From: Erythrobacteraceae bacterium
GTDB taxonomy: Bacteria > Pseudomonadota > Alphaproteobacteria > Sphingomonadales > Sphingomonadaceae
Direction: 5' to 3'
NCBI GenBank assembly: GCA_027487015.1
Contig: JAIYEK010000169.1
Location: 9,080 to 73,079, forward strand
DNA: 64,000 nt
Part shown: positions 41,376-51,782 of the stretch, one piece after another
Layout: the number at the start of each line of letters is the position of its first letter
Position numbering within the stretch: position 1 is the stretch's first letter
Made by a program: the position numbers and the translations under genes
Notes under the pieces: model-generated
What the model saw: the letters and a program-made list of their open reading frames with translations, nothing else
Told to the model about the DNA's origin: nothing
The model's database searches: none

Positions 41376-42451
41376 TGGCCGCGCCCCTTCACTGCTGCTT
41401 CGCGCAGCATCGCTGCCACGTGCGGACCCCAGGTCGCCAACGCATAATGCGCCTCGACCGTCCGGCGACCGGCCGCGCCCATGCGCCGGCGCAGATCAGG
41501 ATCGCGCAGCAGCGCCGAAATCGCCGTATGCCACTCCGCCTCGGTCTCAGCGAGAAAGCCGTTGACGCCGTGCTCCACGATGTCGGCATTCACCCCGATC
41601 GGCGAGGCGACGACGGGAAGGCCGCAGGCCATGTACTGGATCAGCTTGTAACCGCACTTGCCGCGTGCCCATGGCGTATCGGCCAGCGGCATGATGCCGA
41701 TGCTCATCCTCTGGATCAGCGAAACCTCGCTCGCCTCGCTCCACGGCTCAATGTCGAGCAGCGGGTGCGCGGAGCCCCCATGCCCTGCCCCTACGGCAAG
41801 GATGCGGGCGTCAGTCTCAGCCGCGCATCGGGTCAGGAGCGGCAGCATCGGCGCGACATAGGCGTTCCAGGTGCTCGGTGTGCCGATCCAGCCGATCCGC
41901 GCCGGCTCGTCCGCAGCGGGCAGAGGCGCGAGGCGGTATGCTTCAAGATCGACAACCGTCGGCACAATCTCGATCCGCGCCGCGCCGGCCGCTTGGGCGC
42001 GCGCGGCGAGATAGGCGTTGCCCGCCGTCACCAGCGCAGCGCTGGCCATCAACCGGTCGATCTTGTCGCCAAGCGCGCGCCTGACAAACGCGGAAGAGTG
42101 GAGATCGTAATTGTGGAACACCGCGTCGTCGAAATCGACCACCAGCGGCACCCCGCGCGGCAGCAGGCGGCGCTCGATCGCCCATGGGAGCCACGGCAGC
42201 GCTTCCTTCTCGAGCCACAGCACATCGAAGCCGCGCGCGCGGCCCAGCCGGGGCATCCGCCGGGCGTAGGCGGCGAAGGCCTCGGACCTGGTCGAGCGCC
42301 CGGTGTAGAGTTGCTCGAGATAGGCGCCGGAGAAAAACGGATCGACCTCCGTCTCGATCCCGGCCGCGGCGAGCGCGGGCACATATTGCATGTGCCGCAG
42401 CCGGCTCGAGGCGCCCGCCGCATCATAGCGAGTGACCATCAGCGCTCTCAT
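41372..42451 (-). CDS. glycosyltransferase family 4 (GT-B)
   Basis: From ATG 42451 (MRALMVTRY...). The C-terminal EX7E-type region reads PWARGKCGYKLIQYMACGLPVVASPIGVNADIVEHGVNGFL. It shares an ATGA overlap with the asnB stop. Confidence 0.8.
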   Translation of the reverse strand: MRALMVTRYDAAGASSRLRHMQYVPALAAAGIETEVDPFFSGAYLEQLYTGRSTRSEAFAAYARRMPRLGRARGFDVLWLEKEALPWLPWAIERRLLPRGVPLVVDFDDAVFHNYDLHSSAFVRRALGDKIDRLMASAALVTAGNAYLAARAQAAGAARIEIVPTVVDLEAYRLAPLPAADEPARIGWIGTPSTWNAYVAPMLPLLTRCAAETDARILAVGAGHGGSAHPLLDIEPWSEASEVSLIQRMSIGIMPLADTPWARGKCGYKLIQYMACGLPVVASPIGVNADIVEHGVNGFLAETEAEWHTAISALLRDPDLRRRMGAAGRRTVEAHYALATWGPHVAAMLREAAVKGRGQ

Positions 42452-44400
42452 GCCATATCCGCCCGCCACGCCTGCAGCATAAGCACGATCCACAGGCGAT
42501 GCGTCCAGTCGCGCCGGTCCTCCAGATGCTCGCGCCACGCCGCGCGCACCGGGACGGGATCGATCAGGCCATCGCGGCCCAGCGCCTCGGGCGAGAGCAA
42601 GTCCTCGGCCCAGCCACGCAAAGGTCCGCGCAGCCAGTCACCCACGGGAATCGCAAAGCCCGCCTTGGGTCGTTCGATCAGCTCGCGCGGGACGTGGCGG
42701 TAGAGGATCTGGCGCAGCGCCCACTTGCCCTCGCCCCCGCGGATCTTCATCCCGAGCGGCAGGCGGGCCGAGGCCGCGATCACGGCCGGATCGAGGAACG
42801 GCACGCGGGTCTCGAGGCTGACTGCCATCGCCGCGCGGTCGACCTTGCACAGGATATCGTCGGGCAGATAGGTGCGCATGTCCTGCACCATCATCCGCGC
42901 CGCAGCGTCATCGGGGAGGCTGGCCGGCAGCGGATCGTCGAGCAGCGTGGTGCCCATGCTGTCCACGCCCGCGACCAGCTCGACCCCCGACCATTCGGTC
43001 ACGAGGCTGCGGTAGAGGTCGTCGATATTGCGCACATCGCTGAGGCGAGCGGCGAGGCGATGCGCCTTGTCGCCGGGGTGCCGGATGCGACCACCCGCGA
43101 GCGCGCCCAGCCCGTCCCAGCCGGCCACCGGCACAGCGGAAATCGCCGCCCCCAGCGCACGGCGCAGCGGATGGGGCATCCAGGCGAGCCGCTCCCAGAT
43201 TCGCGGTCCCCAGAAATAGCGGTTGTAGCCCCCGAACAGCTCGTCCCCCGCATCGCCCGACAGCGCGACGGTGACCTCGGCCCGCGCTGCACGGCAGACG
43301 AGATGGGTGGGGATTTGCGAGGAATCCGCGAAGGGCTCGTCATACATCTGCGGCAGCTGCGGGATCACCTCGCGGGTTTCGGCCTCGGTGACGGTGAGTT
43401 CGGTGTGGTGCGTGCCGAGATGGCGGGCAACGGCGGCGGCGTAGGGAGCCTCGTTGAAGGCCGCATTCTCGAAGCCGATCGTGAAGCTTCGGACGGGCTG
43501 CCCCGATTGCGCCTGCATCAGCGCGACGATCAGCGAAGAATCGATCCCGCCCGAGAGGAACGCGCCCAGCGGGACGTCAGCGATCATCTGCCGCGCCACC
43601 GCTCCCGACATCGCCGCCTCGACTTCGGCGAGCGCCTCGGCCTCGCTGGCGAAGGGCTTGGCAGCGCCCTCGGTCAGGGTCTCATCGAGCGACCAGTAGC
43701 GGCGCAGCGACAGCGTCCCGTGCTGCGCGCCGGGCCGCAGTGGCGTGCGCGGCGCGGCGGGCGGCGGGGTGCCTTCGACGGTGAGGATGCAGCCCGGTTC
43801 GAGCTTGTAGACACCCGGATGGATGCTGCGCGGCGCGGGCACATAGGCAAAGCGCAGATATTGCGCGAGCGCCTCGCGGCACACCTCGCGCGGGAAATCG
43901 GGATGGCGGCGCAGGGCTTTGAGCTCCGATCCGAACACCAGCGCGCGGCCCGCCCAGCCCCAATAGAGCGGCTTCTCCCCGATCCGGTCGCGGGCCAGTG
44001 ACAAGCGCCGCTCGCGCCGGTCCCACAGCGCCAGCGCGAACATGCCGGCGGTGCGGCGCAGAGTCTCGTCGAGGCCCCAGTGGACGATGCCCGCCAGCAG
44101 TGTCTCGGTGTCCGAATGCCCGCGCCACTCCGGCGCCGCGCCCGCCGCCGCGAGGTCGCGGCGCAGATCGAGGTGATTGTAGATCTCGCCGTTGTAGGCG
44201 ATCACGAAGCGCCCGTAGACCGAATGCATCGGCTGCGCGCCAGCAGGGCTCAGATCGAGGATAGAGAGCCGCCGGTGGCCGAGCGCAATGCCTTCCTCTG
44301 CCCACACACCTTCCGCATCCGGGCCGCGGTGGACCAGTGCTGCGGTCATTGCCGCGACCGCACCGCCATCACCGCCGAAAATGCCGGTCAACCCGCACAT
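42448..44400 (-). CDS. asnB: asparagine synthase (glutamine-hydrolysing)
   Basis: MCGLTGIFGG has the Ntn Cys2. Also present: RGPD, NGEIYN, and the synthetase motif PLGAFLSGGIDSS. Confidence 0.92.
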   Translation of the reverse strand: MCGLTGIFGGDGGAVAAMTAALVHRGPDAEGVWAEEGIALGHRRLSILDLSPAGAQPMHSVYGRFVIAYNGEIYNHLDLRRDLAAAGAAPEWRGHSDTETLLAGIVHWGLDETLRRTAGMFALALWDRRERRLSLARDRIGEKPLYWGWAGRALVFGSELKALRRHPDFPREVCREALAQYLRFAYVPAPRSIHPGVYKLEPGCILTVEGTPPPAAPRTPLRPGAQHGTLSLRRYWSLDETLTEGAAKPFASEAEALAEVEAAMSGAVARQMIADVPLGAFLSGGIDSSLIVALMQAQSGQPVRSFTIGFENAAFNEAPYAAAVARHLGTHHTELTVTEAETREVIPQLPQMYDEPFADSSQIPTHLVCRAARAEVTVALSGDAGDELFGGYNRYFWGPRIWERLAWMPHPLRRALGAAISAVPVAGWDGLGALAGGRIRHPGDKAHRLAARLSDVRNIDDLYRSLVTEWSGVELVAGVDSMGTTLLDDPLPASLPDDAAARMMVQDMRTYLPDDILCKVDRAAMAVSLETRVPFLDPAVIAASARLPLGMKIRGGEGKWALRQILYRHVPRELIERPKAGFAIPVGDWLRGPLRGWAEDLLSPEALGRDGLIDPVPVRAAWREHLEDRRDWTHRLWIVLMLQAWRADMA

Positions 44401-45599
44401 CGGGCCGCCTCCCCCGCCAGCTCGCGGTAAAGCGCCGCGTAGGCACGCGTTCCGGCCTCAAGCGAGAAGACCTCATCGGCAGCAGCACGGCAGCGAACGG
44501 CGATATCGGGCTCGGCGAGCAGCGCCAGCAGCCCGTCCCACGCCTCCGCCATCGCTTCGGGCGCGGCACTCTCCGCGAGCACGCCAACGCGGTGCTTGCG
44601 GATGATCGCGGCGACATCGCCCACCCCGTCATTGGCAACCACCGGCATCCCGCAGCCGAGGATCTCGCCCATCCGGGTCGGCGAACTGCCGAGCTTGCTC
44701 AGCCCATCGGTGAAGAACATCACCGAGGCGGTCTGGCGCTGGAGCACGGTCTGCACCTTGTCCTGAGCGCTCGGCGCGATCGTCAGCCGCTTGCCGAGCA
44801 GCCCCGCAGGATCGAGCGCCGCGCGCACCGCTACAGGATCATCGAGCGTGGTCAGCTCGAACCGGGCCTCGGGATCGCGCGCGGCGGCGACGGTGAGGAA
44901 GGACGCCAGCCAATCGAGCCGGAACCAGCCGCTCAGCACCGTGCCGAGGCACCCGATCACGAGGTTGGCAGGCGGCGCTTCGGCAGGTACGAAGCGGGCA
45001 AGATCGGCGCAGGTCGGGATCACGGCGGTCTTCTGCCCGCTCATGGCCTCGGGGTAAACACGCGCGAGGTGATGGACCGCAGCCTCGGTCAGCGACACCA
45101 CCGCGCCGGCGCGCGCAAGGCAGGCGCGCTCGGCTGCCACAATCGCGCGGTGGAGCCACGATCCGCGGGTCAGGCGGCCCGCCGTGATCAGCTCTTCGGG
45201 CCACAGTGCGCGCATGTCGAAGATGAAGGGCACCCCGGTCATGCGCGACACGATCAGCGCCACGGCGGCCGGGATGTAGGAGCGCGCGTGGATCAGCCGC
45301 GCATTTGTCCTGCGCGTTTCCCTCCACAGCAGCCACACCATGCGCAGCATCGAGAGTGCAGGCGCAATCACCTTGGGCTGGGCGCGAAAATGCTGCGGGA
45401 GCCAGCGGATGCCGAGCCGTTTGCATTCGGCGTGCATCATCGCCGTCCGTGCGCCATCGGCCCGGTCGTCCGCTTTCTCGTAGGTGATGAGCGTGATCCG
45501 GTAACCCTCTGAAAGGCCGCGTAGATAGGCCATCACCTGGCTCTGCCCGAGCGGTTCGAGCAGCCCATTGCGGGTGAGATAAATCGTCGCGGGCGTCAC
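44388..45599 (-). CDS. glycosyltransferase family 4 (sugar transferase of EPS loci)
   Basis: From GTG 45599 (VTPATIYLTRNGLLEPLGQSQVMAYLRGLS...), with a GTGA overlap with the upstream stop. The C-terminal block reads KLGSSPTRMGEILGCGMPVVANDGVGDV. Confidence 0.7.
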   Translation of the reverse strand: MTPATIYLTRNGLLEPLGQSQVMAYLRGLSEGYRITLITYEKADDRADGARTAMMHAECKRLGIRWLPQHFRAQPKVIAPALSMLRMVWLLWRETRRTNARLIHARSYIPAAVALIVSRMTGVPFIFDMRALWPEELITAGRLTRGSWLHRAIVAAERACLARAGAVVSLTEAAVHHLARVYPEAMSGQKTAVIPTCADLARFVPAEAPPANLVIGCLGTVLSGWFRLDWLASFLTVAAARDPEARFELTTLDDPVAVRAALDPAGLLGKRLTIAPSAQDKVQTVLQRQTASVMFFTDGLSKLGSSPTRMGEILGCGMPVVANDGVGDVAAIIRKHRVGVLAESAAPEAMAEAWDGLLALLAEPDIAVRCRAAADEVFSLEAGTRAYAALYRELAGEAARCAG

Positions 45600-46699
45600 A
45601 GGCCCATCACCGCAAGATATTGGCGCGCGGCGATTTCGGGCGCGAAATCGGCAGCGCGGCGGATCTGCGCTGCGCGGTCGACCGGGGCATCGAGGGCCTC
45701 GCCGATAGCCTGCGCCAAGGCCGCCGCATCGCCGACCGGCACCAGCTTTCCGAATTTGCCATCGGCAAGAATTTCCGCCGGTCCGGCCGGACAATCCGTC
45801 GACACCACCTGCAGACCATATGACAACGCCTCGACGATGACATTGCCAAAACCTTCGTAATCCGAGGACAGGACGAACAGGTCTGCCGTCGCATAGAAGG
45901 GCGCTGGGTCGCGGTGGAAGCCGGCAAACACCACCCGCTCGCCGATGCCGAGATCCCCGGCCAAGGCACGCAGGGCCTGCTCTTCGGGACCATCACCAAG
46001 CAGCATCAACCGCGCCTCCTTGCGCGGCAGGGCAGCAAAGGCGCGCAGCAGCAGGGCATGGTTCTTCTGCGCCTTGAGATTGCCGACCGCAAGGATCCGG
46101 GGGCCGTCGCCGCCCCACAGGGCATCGGCAGCGGCACAGGCTTCGGGCGACGGGGTCGCAGCGGCCGGAATCGGGTTGTAGATCGTCGTAATGCGTTGCG
46201 GCGCCATGCGCGCAAGGGCGGCGATGTCGGCGCTCGTGCCCTGCGAAACGCCGACCCGCGCCGCAGCGAGGCGATAGCTCACGAAGGTCGACGCACGCAG
46301 GAATAGGCCCGTGGCAAGGCCCCATCCGGCATATTGGTGCGAAAGCGCCGCGTGCTCGGTGATGACCACCTTGCCGCGGTATCCACTGAGGCGGGCGGCA
46401 AGCGGGGCGATAACGGTCAGCGGCCACATCGCGGCTATCAGCGCGTGGGGCTGATGCTGGCGCAGATAGGAGCCAAGCGGGCGCAGCAACTGGCGCACCC
46501 GCGCGCTCTGCAGATCGTGCACGGGAAAGGAGGCGCGGGCTTCGTCGAGCAACTCTCCGGCCAAGCGCATTACCACGAATTCGGGGGCATGGCCCGCCGC
46601 CGCAAATTCATGGGCAAGGGTCAGGCTCAACCGCTCGGCACCGCCGCCGGCAAGGTTGGGGAGCAGCAGCGCGATGCGCTTGGGATCGCTCGCAGTCAC
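45596..46699 (-). CDS. glycosyltransferase family 4
   Basis: RIALLLPNLAGGGAERL..., then VLSSDYEGFGNVIVEALSYGLQVVSTDCPAGPAEIL. Confidence 0.8.
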   Translation of the reverse strand: MTASDPKRIALLLPNLAGGGAERLSLTLAHEFAAAGHAPEFVVMRLAGELLDEARASFPVHDLQSARVRQLLRPLGSYLRQHQPHALIAAMWPLTVIAPLAARLSGYRGKVVITEHAALSHQYAGWGLATGLFLRASTFVSYRLAAARVGVSQGTSADIAALARMAPQRITTIYNPIPAAATPSPEACAAADALWGGDGPRILAVGNLKAQKNHALLLRAFAALPRKEARLMLLGDGPEEQALRALAGDLGIGERVVFAGFHRDPAPFYATADLFVLSSDYEGFGNVIVEALSYGLQVVSTDCPAGPAEILADGKFGKLVPVGDAAALAQAIGEALDAPVDRAAQIRRAADFAPEIAARQYLAVMGL

Positions 46700-48003
46700 T
46701 GCGCGGCTGAAGCCCTGAAGATGGCAAGGATGGTCGGATCAATGCCGATCAGGCGGCGCGTCGAGATCGTCAGGAACAGCATCCGGGCCGTCATTCCGAT
46801 CAGAACCGCAACCGCGATGGCGACCGCCCGGCCATCGAACGCGGCGATTCCGAGACCCGTGCAGGTCACTGCGAGCGAAACCGCGCAGGCGCGGGTCACG
46901 ACCGCATCCTGACGGCCTGCGTGAAGAAGGCTGATGCTGATCCCGGCCATAGACCCTGCGACACTCGCTCCCACCATGACTGACATGATCGGTGCTGCTG
47001 CGCGGTAATCGCTCCCGAAGGCAAGGGCAAGCAAGGTTTCCCCGAAAATCCAAAGACACCCGGCGATTCCGAGGGTCGGCAGCAGGGTCGCCCCGGCTCC
47101 CGCCAGCGCCAGCCGCGCAAGCCCCGCGCGATCGCCGCGTTCATGGAGTTGCGAGGCCATCGGCGGGGCCAGGAACGACAATATCGTCGCCGGCAGGTTC
47201 GCAAACACCGCCACCGCCATGGCAACGCGGAACAGGCCGGCCTGCTCGATGTTGGTGAGCGCGCCGACAAGGATCAGCGGCAGGCTCGCCTCGGCAGCGT
47301 TGATGATGGTGGTGAGCCCCATGGTCGCACTCGCCTTGCCCCAGCTGCGGCGTTCGGCCGCGCTTGCCGCGCCGGCGTTCGGCACGCGCCAGACCTGCAC
47401 AAGCGTGCGCCAGCCGAAGGGCAGCACCATCAGCACTGCGGCGACCGTCAGGGCCATGGCCATGCCCGGCTGAAGCGGGCCGAATGCCAGGACCGCAGCG
47501 AACAGCAAAGCCGAGAGCACCGCCGGCCGGACCGCGGCGTCAAGCGCCTGCCCCAGCACCAGCCCGTCGGCTCCGCGCAAGATCGCGCCGACCAGGATCA
47601 GCACCGCCATGACCACAGTCGCCGCCATGGTCGCTGCCGCAAGGCCGGGAGCCCCGCCGAGCCCCCACCAGACGTAGCTTCCCGCCGCCAGCGCGGCGGC
47701 TGCGCCCAGCATCAGGACGTGGCGCAGCGACCAGCCGACCAGCCGCGCCGCGCCCTCGTGTTCGCCTCTGGCGCGGTAAGCCGCAAGGTCGCGGGTCGCG
47801 TGCAGTTGCAACCCGCCCGAGGCGAAGGTCGAACCGAGGCTCACCGCCGCCATCGCCGATCCGTAAAGGCCGTAGCCCGCCACCCCGAGGCCGCGGGCCA
47901 ACTGCACGCCGACCAGAAAGGCCATCGCCGTCCCGAACAGATAGACCCCGGCGCTGCCCCCCAGCGCGCGCAGGAAATCCTGCCGAAGAGACCGCGCTGA
48001 CAA
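46696..48003 (-). CDS. wzx: Wzx-type oligosaccharide flippase (MOP superfamily)
   Basis: 435 aa, hydrophobic almost throughout with about 12 TM segments. It sits in the expected position within the EPS operon. Confidence 0.65.
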   Translation of the reverse strand: MSARSLRQDFLRALGGSAGVYLFGTAMAFLVGVQLARGLGVAGYGLYGSAMAAVSLGSTFASGGLQLHATRDLAAYRARGEHEGAARLVGWSLRHVLMLGAAAALAAGSYVWWGLGGAPGLAAATMAATVVMAVLILVGAILRGADGLVLGQALDAAVRPAVLSALLFAAVLAFGPLQPGMAMALTVAAVLMVLPFGWRTLVQVWRVPNAGAASAAERRSWGKASATMGLTTIINAAEASLPLILVGALTNIEQAGLFRVAMAVAVFANLPATILSFLAPPMASQLHERGDRAGLARLALAGAGATLLPTLGIAGCLWIFGETLLALAFGSDYRAAAPIMSVMVGASVAGSMAGISISLLHAGRQDAVVTRACAVSLAVTCTGLGIAAFDGRAVAIAVAVLIGMTARMLFLTISTRRLIGIDPTILAIFRASAAQ

Positions 48004-48009
48004 GGTCGT

Positions 48010-49293
48010 TCAGATCCTCAGATCGCTCTCGTCGCGGGCAAAGACGCTCTTGAGATCAAAGAACACACTCCGCTCGCGACCGTAGGCCCGGATGGCGGCC
48101 GCGCCCGCCTCGCGGAAGGCCTTGTGCGGCACGGCGAGCACCACGCCGTCGTAGCCCCCCGGCGCCGGAGCGGCAACGAGATCGAGCCCGTATTCGTGGC
48201 GCGCCTCTACGGGATCGCAATGCGGATCATGGACGTCGACCTGCGCGCCGTATTCTTGCAGCTCCGCCACCACGTCGACCACGCGGGTGTTGCGCAGGTC
48301 CGGGCAGTCCTCCTTGAAGGTCAGGCCCATCACCAGAATGCGCGCGCCCGCGACATTGATCTGGCGCTTCAGCATCGCCTTGATCAACTGCTGCCCGGCA
48401 TAGGCCCCCATGCCGTCATTGATGCGCCGCCCGGCCAGAATCACGTCGGGATGGTAACCCAGCGCCTCGGCCTTGTGGGTGAGATAATAGGGATCGACCC
48501 CGATGCAGTGCCCGCCGACAAGGCCCGGACGGAAGGGCAGGAAGTTCCACTTGGTCCCTGCCGCGCGCAGCACCGCATCGGTATCGATTCCCATGCGGTT
48601 GAAGATGATCGCCAGTTCGTTGACCAGCGCGATGTTGAGATCGCGCTGGGTGTTTTCGATCACCTTGGCGGCTTCGGCGACACGGATGCTTTCTGCCTTG
48701 TAGGTGCCCGCGGTGATGATTTCGGCATAGAGCGCATCGACAGCGTCGGCGATCTCAGACGTCGAGCCCGAGGTGACCTTGCGGATATTGGGCAGACGGT
48801 GCGCCTTGTCGCCCGGGTTGATCCGCTCGGGGCTGTAACCGCAGAAGAAATCCCGGTTGAACACCAGCCCCGAGACCTTCTCAAGCAGCGGCACGCAGTC
48901 TTCTTCGGTCGCGCCGGGGTAAACGGTCGATTCGTAGATGACGATGCTGCCCTTGCGCATCACCCGGCCCACCGTTTCGGTGGCCTTCAGCAGCGGGGTG
49001 AGATCGGGACGCTTGTGGACATCGATCGGGGTCGGCACGGTCACGATGAAGATCGCCGCCTCGGCCAGATCGGCCGGATCGGTGGAGAAGGAGAGGTGCC
49101 GCGCCTCGGCCAGCTCTTCGGCGCTGAGTTCGCGTGTGCGGTCGTGACTCTCGGCCAATTCGGCAATCCGCTCGGCGCTGATGTCGAAGCCGAGCACCGG
49201 CCGGTGCTTGGCGAATTCGGCCGCCAGCGGCAGACCGACATAGCCCAGGCCGATCACGGCGATCAGGGGCGTTGCAGCATCACTCGTCACCAT
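48010..49293 (-). CDS. nucleotide-sugar dehydrogenase (UDP-N-acetyl-hexosamine dehydrogenase type)
   Basis: From ATG 49293: [24 protein letters not shown] (Rossmann fold), then [12 protein letters not shown] (catalytic Cys). Confidence 0.88.
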   Translation of the reverse strand: MVTSDAATPLIAVIGLGYVGLPLAAEFAKHRPVLGFDISAERIAELAESHDRTRELSAEELAEARHLSFSTDPADLAEAAIFIVTVPTPIDVHKRPDLTPLLKATETVGRVMRKGSIVIYESTVYPGATEEDCVPLLEKVSGLVFNRDFFCGYSPERINPGDKAHRLPNIRKVTSGSTSEIADAVDALYAEIITAGTYKAESIRVAEAAKVIENTQRDLNIALVNELAIIFNRMGIDTDAVLRAAGTKWNFLPFRPGLVGGHCIGVDPYYLTHKAEALGYHPDVILAGRRINDGMGAYAGQQLIKAMLKRQINVAGARILVMGLTFKEDCPDLRNTRVVDVVAELQEYGAQVDVHDPHCDPVEARHEYGLDLVAAPAPGGYDGVVLAVPHKAFREAGAAAIRAYGRERSVFFDLKSVFARDESDLRI

Positions 49294-49672
49294 CTGTCTC
49301 TCTTGCGACCCATAGCGCCCAAACAAGGCGCAATCCCCCGACGGGGATTGCCGCAAGGGCGATCCCAGTTACACTTCCCGCGAAATCAAGCCAGTCGGCG
49401 GTGCGATCAGGCAGAAATATCTGCACAATCTCGATCAACCCCGCAAACAGGACCAGCCCCGCGATGCTCCACCACCACGCATAGCCCAGCAATAGCACAA
49501 TGGTCGATAGTGCAACGAAGGCAAGGACATGCAGGGCAAGATCATTGTGGCCGTATAGGCGCGGATGATCGGGAAAGGGTCCGGTGAAGACCAGCGCGTA
49601 ATAGGCCACCACCCCGCCAGTCACGAGTGCGACAATGGCGGCCAGTATCCGGAAGAACGAGACGGCGGTCAC
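49280..49672 (-). CDS. VanZ-like membrane protein
   Basis: Four TM segments, with [30 protein letters not shown] as a VanZ-like motif. Confidence 0.55.
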   Translation of the reverse strand: MTAVSFFRILAAIVALVTGGVVAYYALVFTGPFPDHPRLYGHNDLALHVLAFVALSTIVLLLGYAWWWSIAGLVLFAGLIEIVQIFLPDRTADWLDFAGSVTGIALAAIPVGGLRLVWALWVARETDGDE

Positions 49673-49808
49673 GCCAGCCTCTCAGCACGGCTTTCGCCCC
49701 GCGCGCAACCATGAACCCATCTGACGTCTTTCTTTTGCAATCAGAAAATATAGACGGGCGCTGACGGAAAACCGCAAGCGGCCGGAGAGCATAGCCATAA
49801 ACGTCCTG

Positions 49809-50909
49809 ATGACAGTCAACGCGGCGTGGAACATCTGGAACTTCCGCAAGCCGCTGGTCGAGGCGCTGCTGGCCGATGGCCACCGCGTCACGGTGCTCGC
49901 GCCGCCCGACGAATTGAGCGAGCGGCTTGCGGCGCTGGGCTGCGCGGTGCGCCCGCTGGCGATGCGCGTCGACGGGCTGAACCCGCTCCACGATCTGCAA
50001 CTGGCGCGGCGATTCGGACAGGTGTTCCGCGACGAGGCACCCGGCATCGTGCTGAGCTACACGATCAAGAACAACATCTTCGGCGCAGGCGCCGCGCGCG
50101 CGGCGGGGGTGCCGTTTGTGCCCAATGTGACCGGGCTCGGCACGGCCTTCCTGTCCGGCCGGCTGCTCGAAGCGGTCTCGGTGCAGCTTTACCGCCGCGC
50201 CTTTGCCGGGCTCCCGCGCGTGTTCTTCCAGAACAGCGACGACCGCGACCTGTTCGTGCGGTACGGCATCGTGCGCGAGGCGCAGACGCGGCTCCTGCCC
50301 GGCTCGGGCATCGATCTTGACCGGTTTGCCCCAGCCCCCTCGCCCGATCCCGCCGCGCCGCCCGTCTTCCTGATGATCGCCCGCGTGGTGCGCGACAAGG
50401 GCGTTATCGAGTTCGTCGAGGCCGCGCGCCGCATCCGGGCCGCGCATCCCGAAGCGCGCTTCCGCCTGCTCGGCGCGCTCGGGTCGCAGAACCGGTCGGC
50501 CATCGACCCGGCGATGGTCGATGGCTGGGTGGCCGAAGGCGTGATCGAATATTGCGGCGTCACCGATGACGTGCGCCCGCACATCGCCGCGGCCTCCTGC
50601 GTGGTGCTCCCCTCCTACCGCGAGGGCGCGCCTCGCACGCTGATCGAGGCGGCCGCGATGGCACGGCCGGTGATCGCGACCGATGTGCCGGGGTGCCGCT
50701 CGGTGGTCGAGGATGGCGTCACCGGCCTGTTGTGCCGGGTGCGGGATGGTGCGAGCCTGGCCGATGCCTTCGCGCGCTTCCTCGCGCTTCCCCCCGCCGC
50801 ACGCGCCGCGATGGGCGAAGCGGGACGGGCCAAGATGGCGCGCGAATTCGATCAGGCTTTGGTGATCGACGCCTACCGCGAGGCTATCGCGACCTTGGCC
50901 CGCGCCTAG
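49809..50909 (+). CDS. glycosyltransferase family 4
   Basis: MTVNAAWNIWNFRKPLVEALLADGHRVTVLAP..., then VLPSYREGAPRTLIEAAAMARPVIATDVPGCRSVVEDGVTGLL. Confidence 0.85.
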   Translation: MTVNAAWNIWNFRKPLVEALLADGHRVTVLAPPDELSERLAALGCAVRPLAMRVDGLNPLHDLQLARRFGQVFRDEAPGIVLSYTIKNNIFGAGAARAAGVPFVPNVTGLGTAFLSGRLLEAVSVQLYRRAFAGLPRVFFQNSDDRDLFVRYGIVREAQTRLLPGSGIDLDRFAPAPSPDPAAPPVFLMIARVVRDKGVIEFVEAARRIRAAHPEARFRLLGALGSQNRSAIDPAMVDGWVAEGVIEYCGVTDDVRPHIAAASCVVLPSYREGAPRTLIEAAAMARPVIATDVPGCRSVVEDGVTGLLCRVRDGASLADAFARFLALPPAARAAMGEAGRAKMAREFDQALVIDAYREAIATLARA

Positions 50910-50915
50910 CCTCGC

Positions 50916-51782
50916 CTATCCTCCCAGGGCCGAAATCTGCGTCTCCACGCGGATCTGCCCGGCATCGCGCAAGCGCACGATCTCGGCCACGACCGCTTCG
51001 AGATTGGCGAGGGTCGCGGGCGCCGTGGCGATGTTCTCGGGGTGCAGCCAGAAATGCGCAACGCCGCCGGTCCGCGCCGCATCGCGCAGCAGATTGCGCG
51101 CCCGCCGCCGCGTCACCGCGGTCGGCACCAGCTTGCGCGGCCCGCTGAGCCAGTTGACGAACACGCCCGAGGGCAGTTCCACCGCCCGGCTCTGGCCCGT
51201 GTTCGGCATGGGCTGCGAGGGCGTGCCGAGATCGAATTCCGACAGCAGCGATTGCGCGCGCGAAGGAAACCGGCGGTGGCCGCGATAGGCCTTGCAGCCA
51301 TACTCGGCGAGCAGGTCGACATGCGCGATCTCGTTACGCGGGTAGACCATGGTGCGCAGGTGCTCGGGCCGGGCCATCTCAAGCTCGCGCCGGGCCTGAT
51401 CGCGCGTCAGCGTGGGCCAGGGCACATGGGTGAGGCCATGGAAGGCGATCTCGTGCCCGCCCTGTGCCGCCATGTCATAGGCCCAGTCGCCCACCCATCC
51501 CTCCTCGCCCGCCGCAAGCCCCTCGGCCGCGCGGGCGAGATAGGGCAGCTCCTGCGCGAAATCGCGGACCAGCGCGGTCGTCTCGGGCGAAGCAGGGCGG
51601 GTGTAGAGCGCAACGAAGGCGAAGGTGGCGCTAATGTCATAGGCGGCGAACAGATCGGTCACAGCGCGATAGGCCGCCCGCAGACGCGCATCGGTAAGGC
51701 CCGCGGCGGTCTTGGGCGTCAGGTGGTCCGCCACGCCCCACCGGCCCTCGCAATCGAGCGAAATGATCGCGGTTCCGGTCAT
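50916..51782 (-). CDS. polysaccharide deacetylase (CE4-like) family protein
   Basis: IISLDCEGRWG, ISATFAFV, GGHEIAFHGLTH. Confidence 0.65.
   Translation of the reverse strand: MTGTAIISLDCEGRWGVADHLTPKTAAGLTDARLRAAYRAVTDLFAAYDISATFAFVALYTRPASPETTALVRDFAQELPYLARAAEGLAAGEEGWVGDWAYDMAAQGGHEIAFHGLTHVPWPTLTRDQARRELEMARPEHLRTMVYPRNEIAHVDLLAEYGCKAYRGHRRFPSRAQSLLSEFDLGTPSQPMPNTGQSRAVELPSGVFVNWLSGPRKLVPTAVTRRRARNLLRDAARTGGVAHFWLHPENIATAPATLANLEAVVAEIVRLRDAGQIRVETQISALGG

Noticed and set aside
42499-44001. 500-aa ORF on the plus strand
   Set aside because: It is antisense to asnB, which has an Ntn Cys2 and a PP-loop motif. The ORF is Arg-rich and low in complexity.
48124-49587. 487-aa ORF on the plus strand
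   Set aside because: It is antisense to the nucleotide-sugar dehydrogenase and VanZ-like genes and has shadow-ORF composition.
49542-50582. 346-aa minus-strand ORF
   Set aside because: It is antisense to the GT4 gene at 49809-50909 and overlaps the VanZ-like gene. It is Arg/His/Gly-rich shadow sequence.
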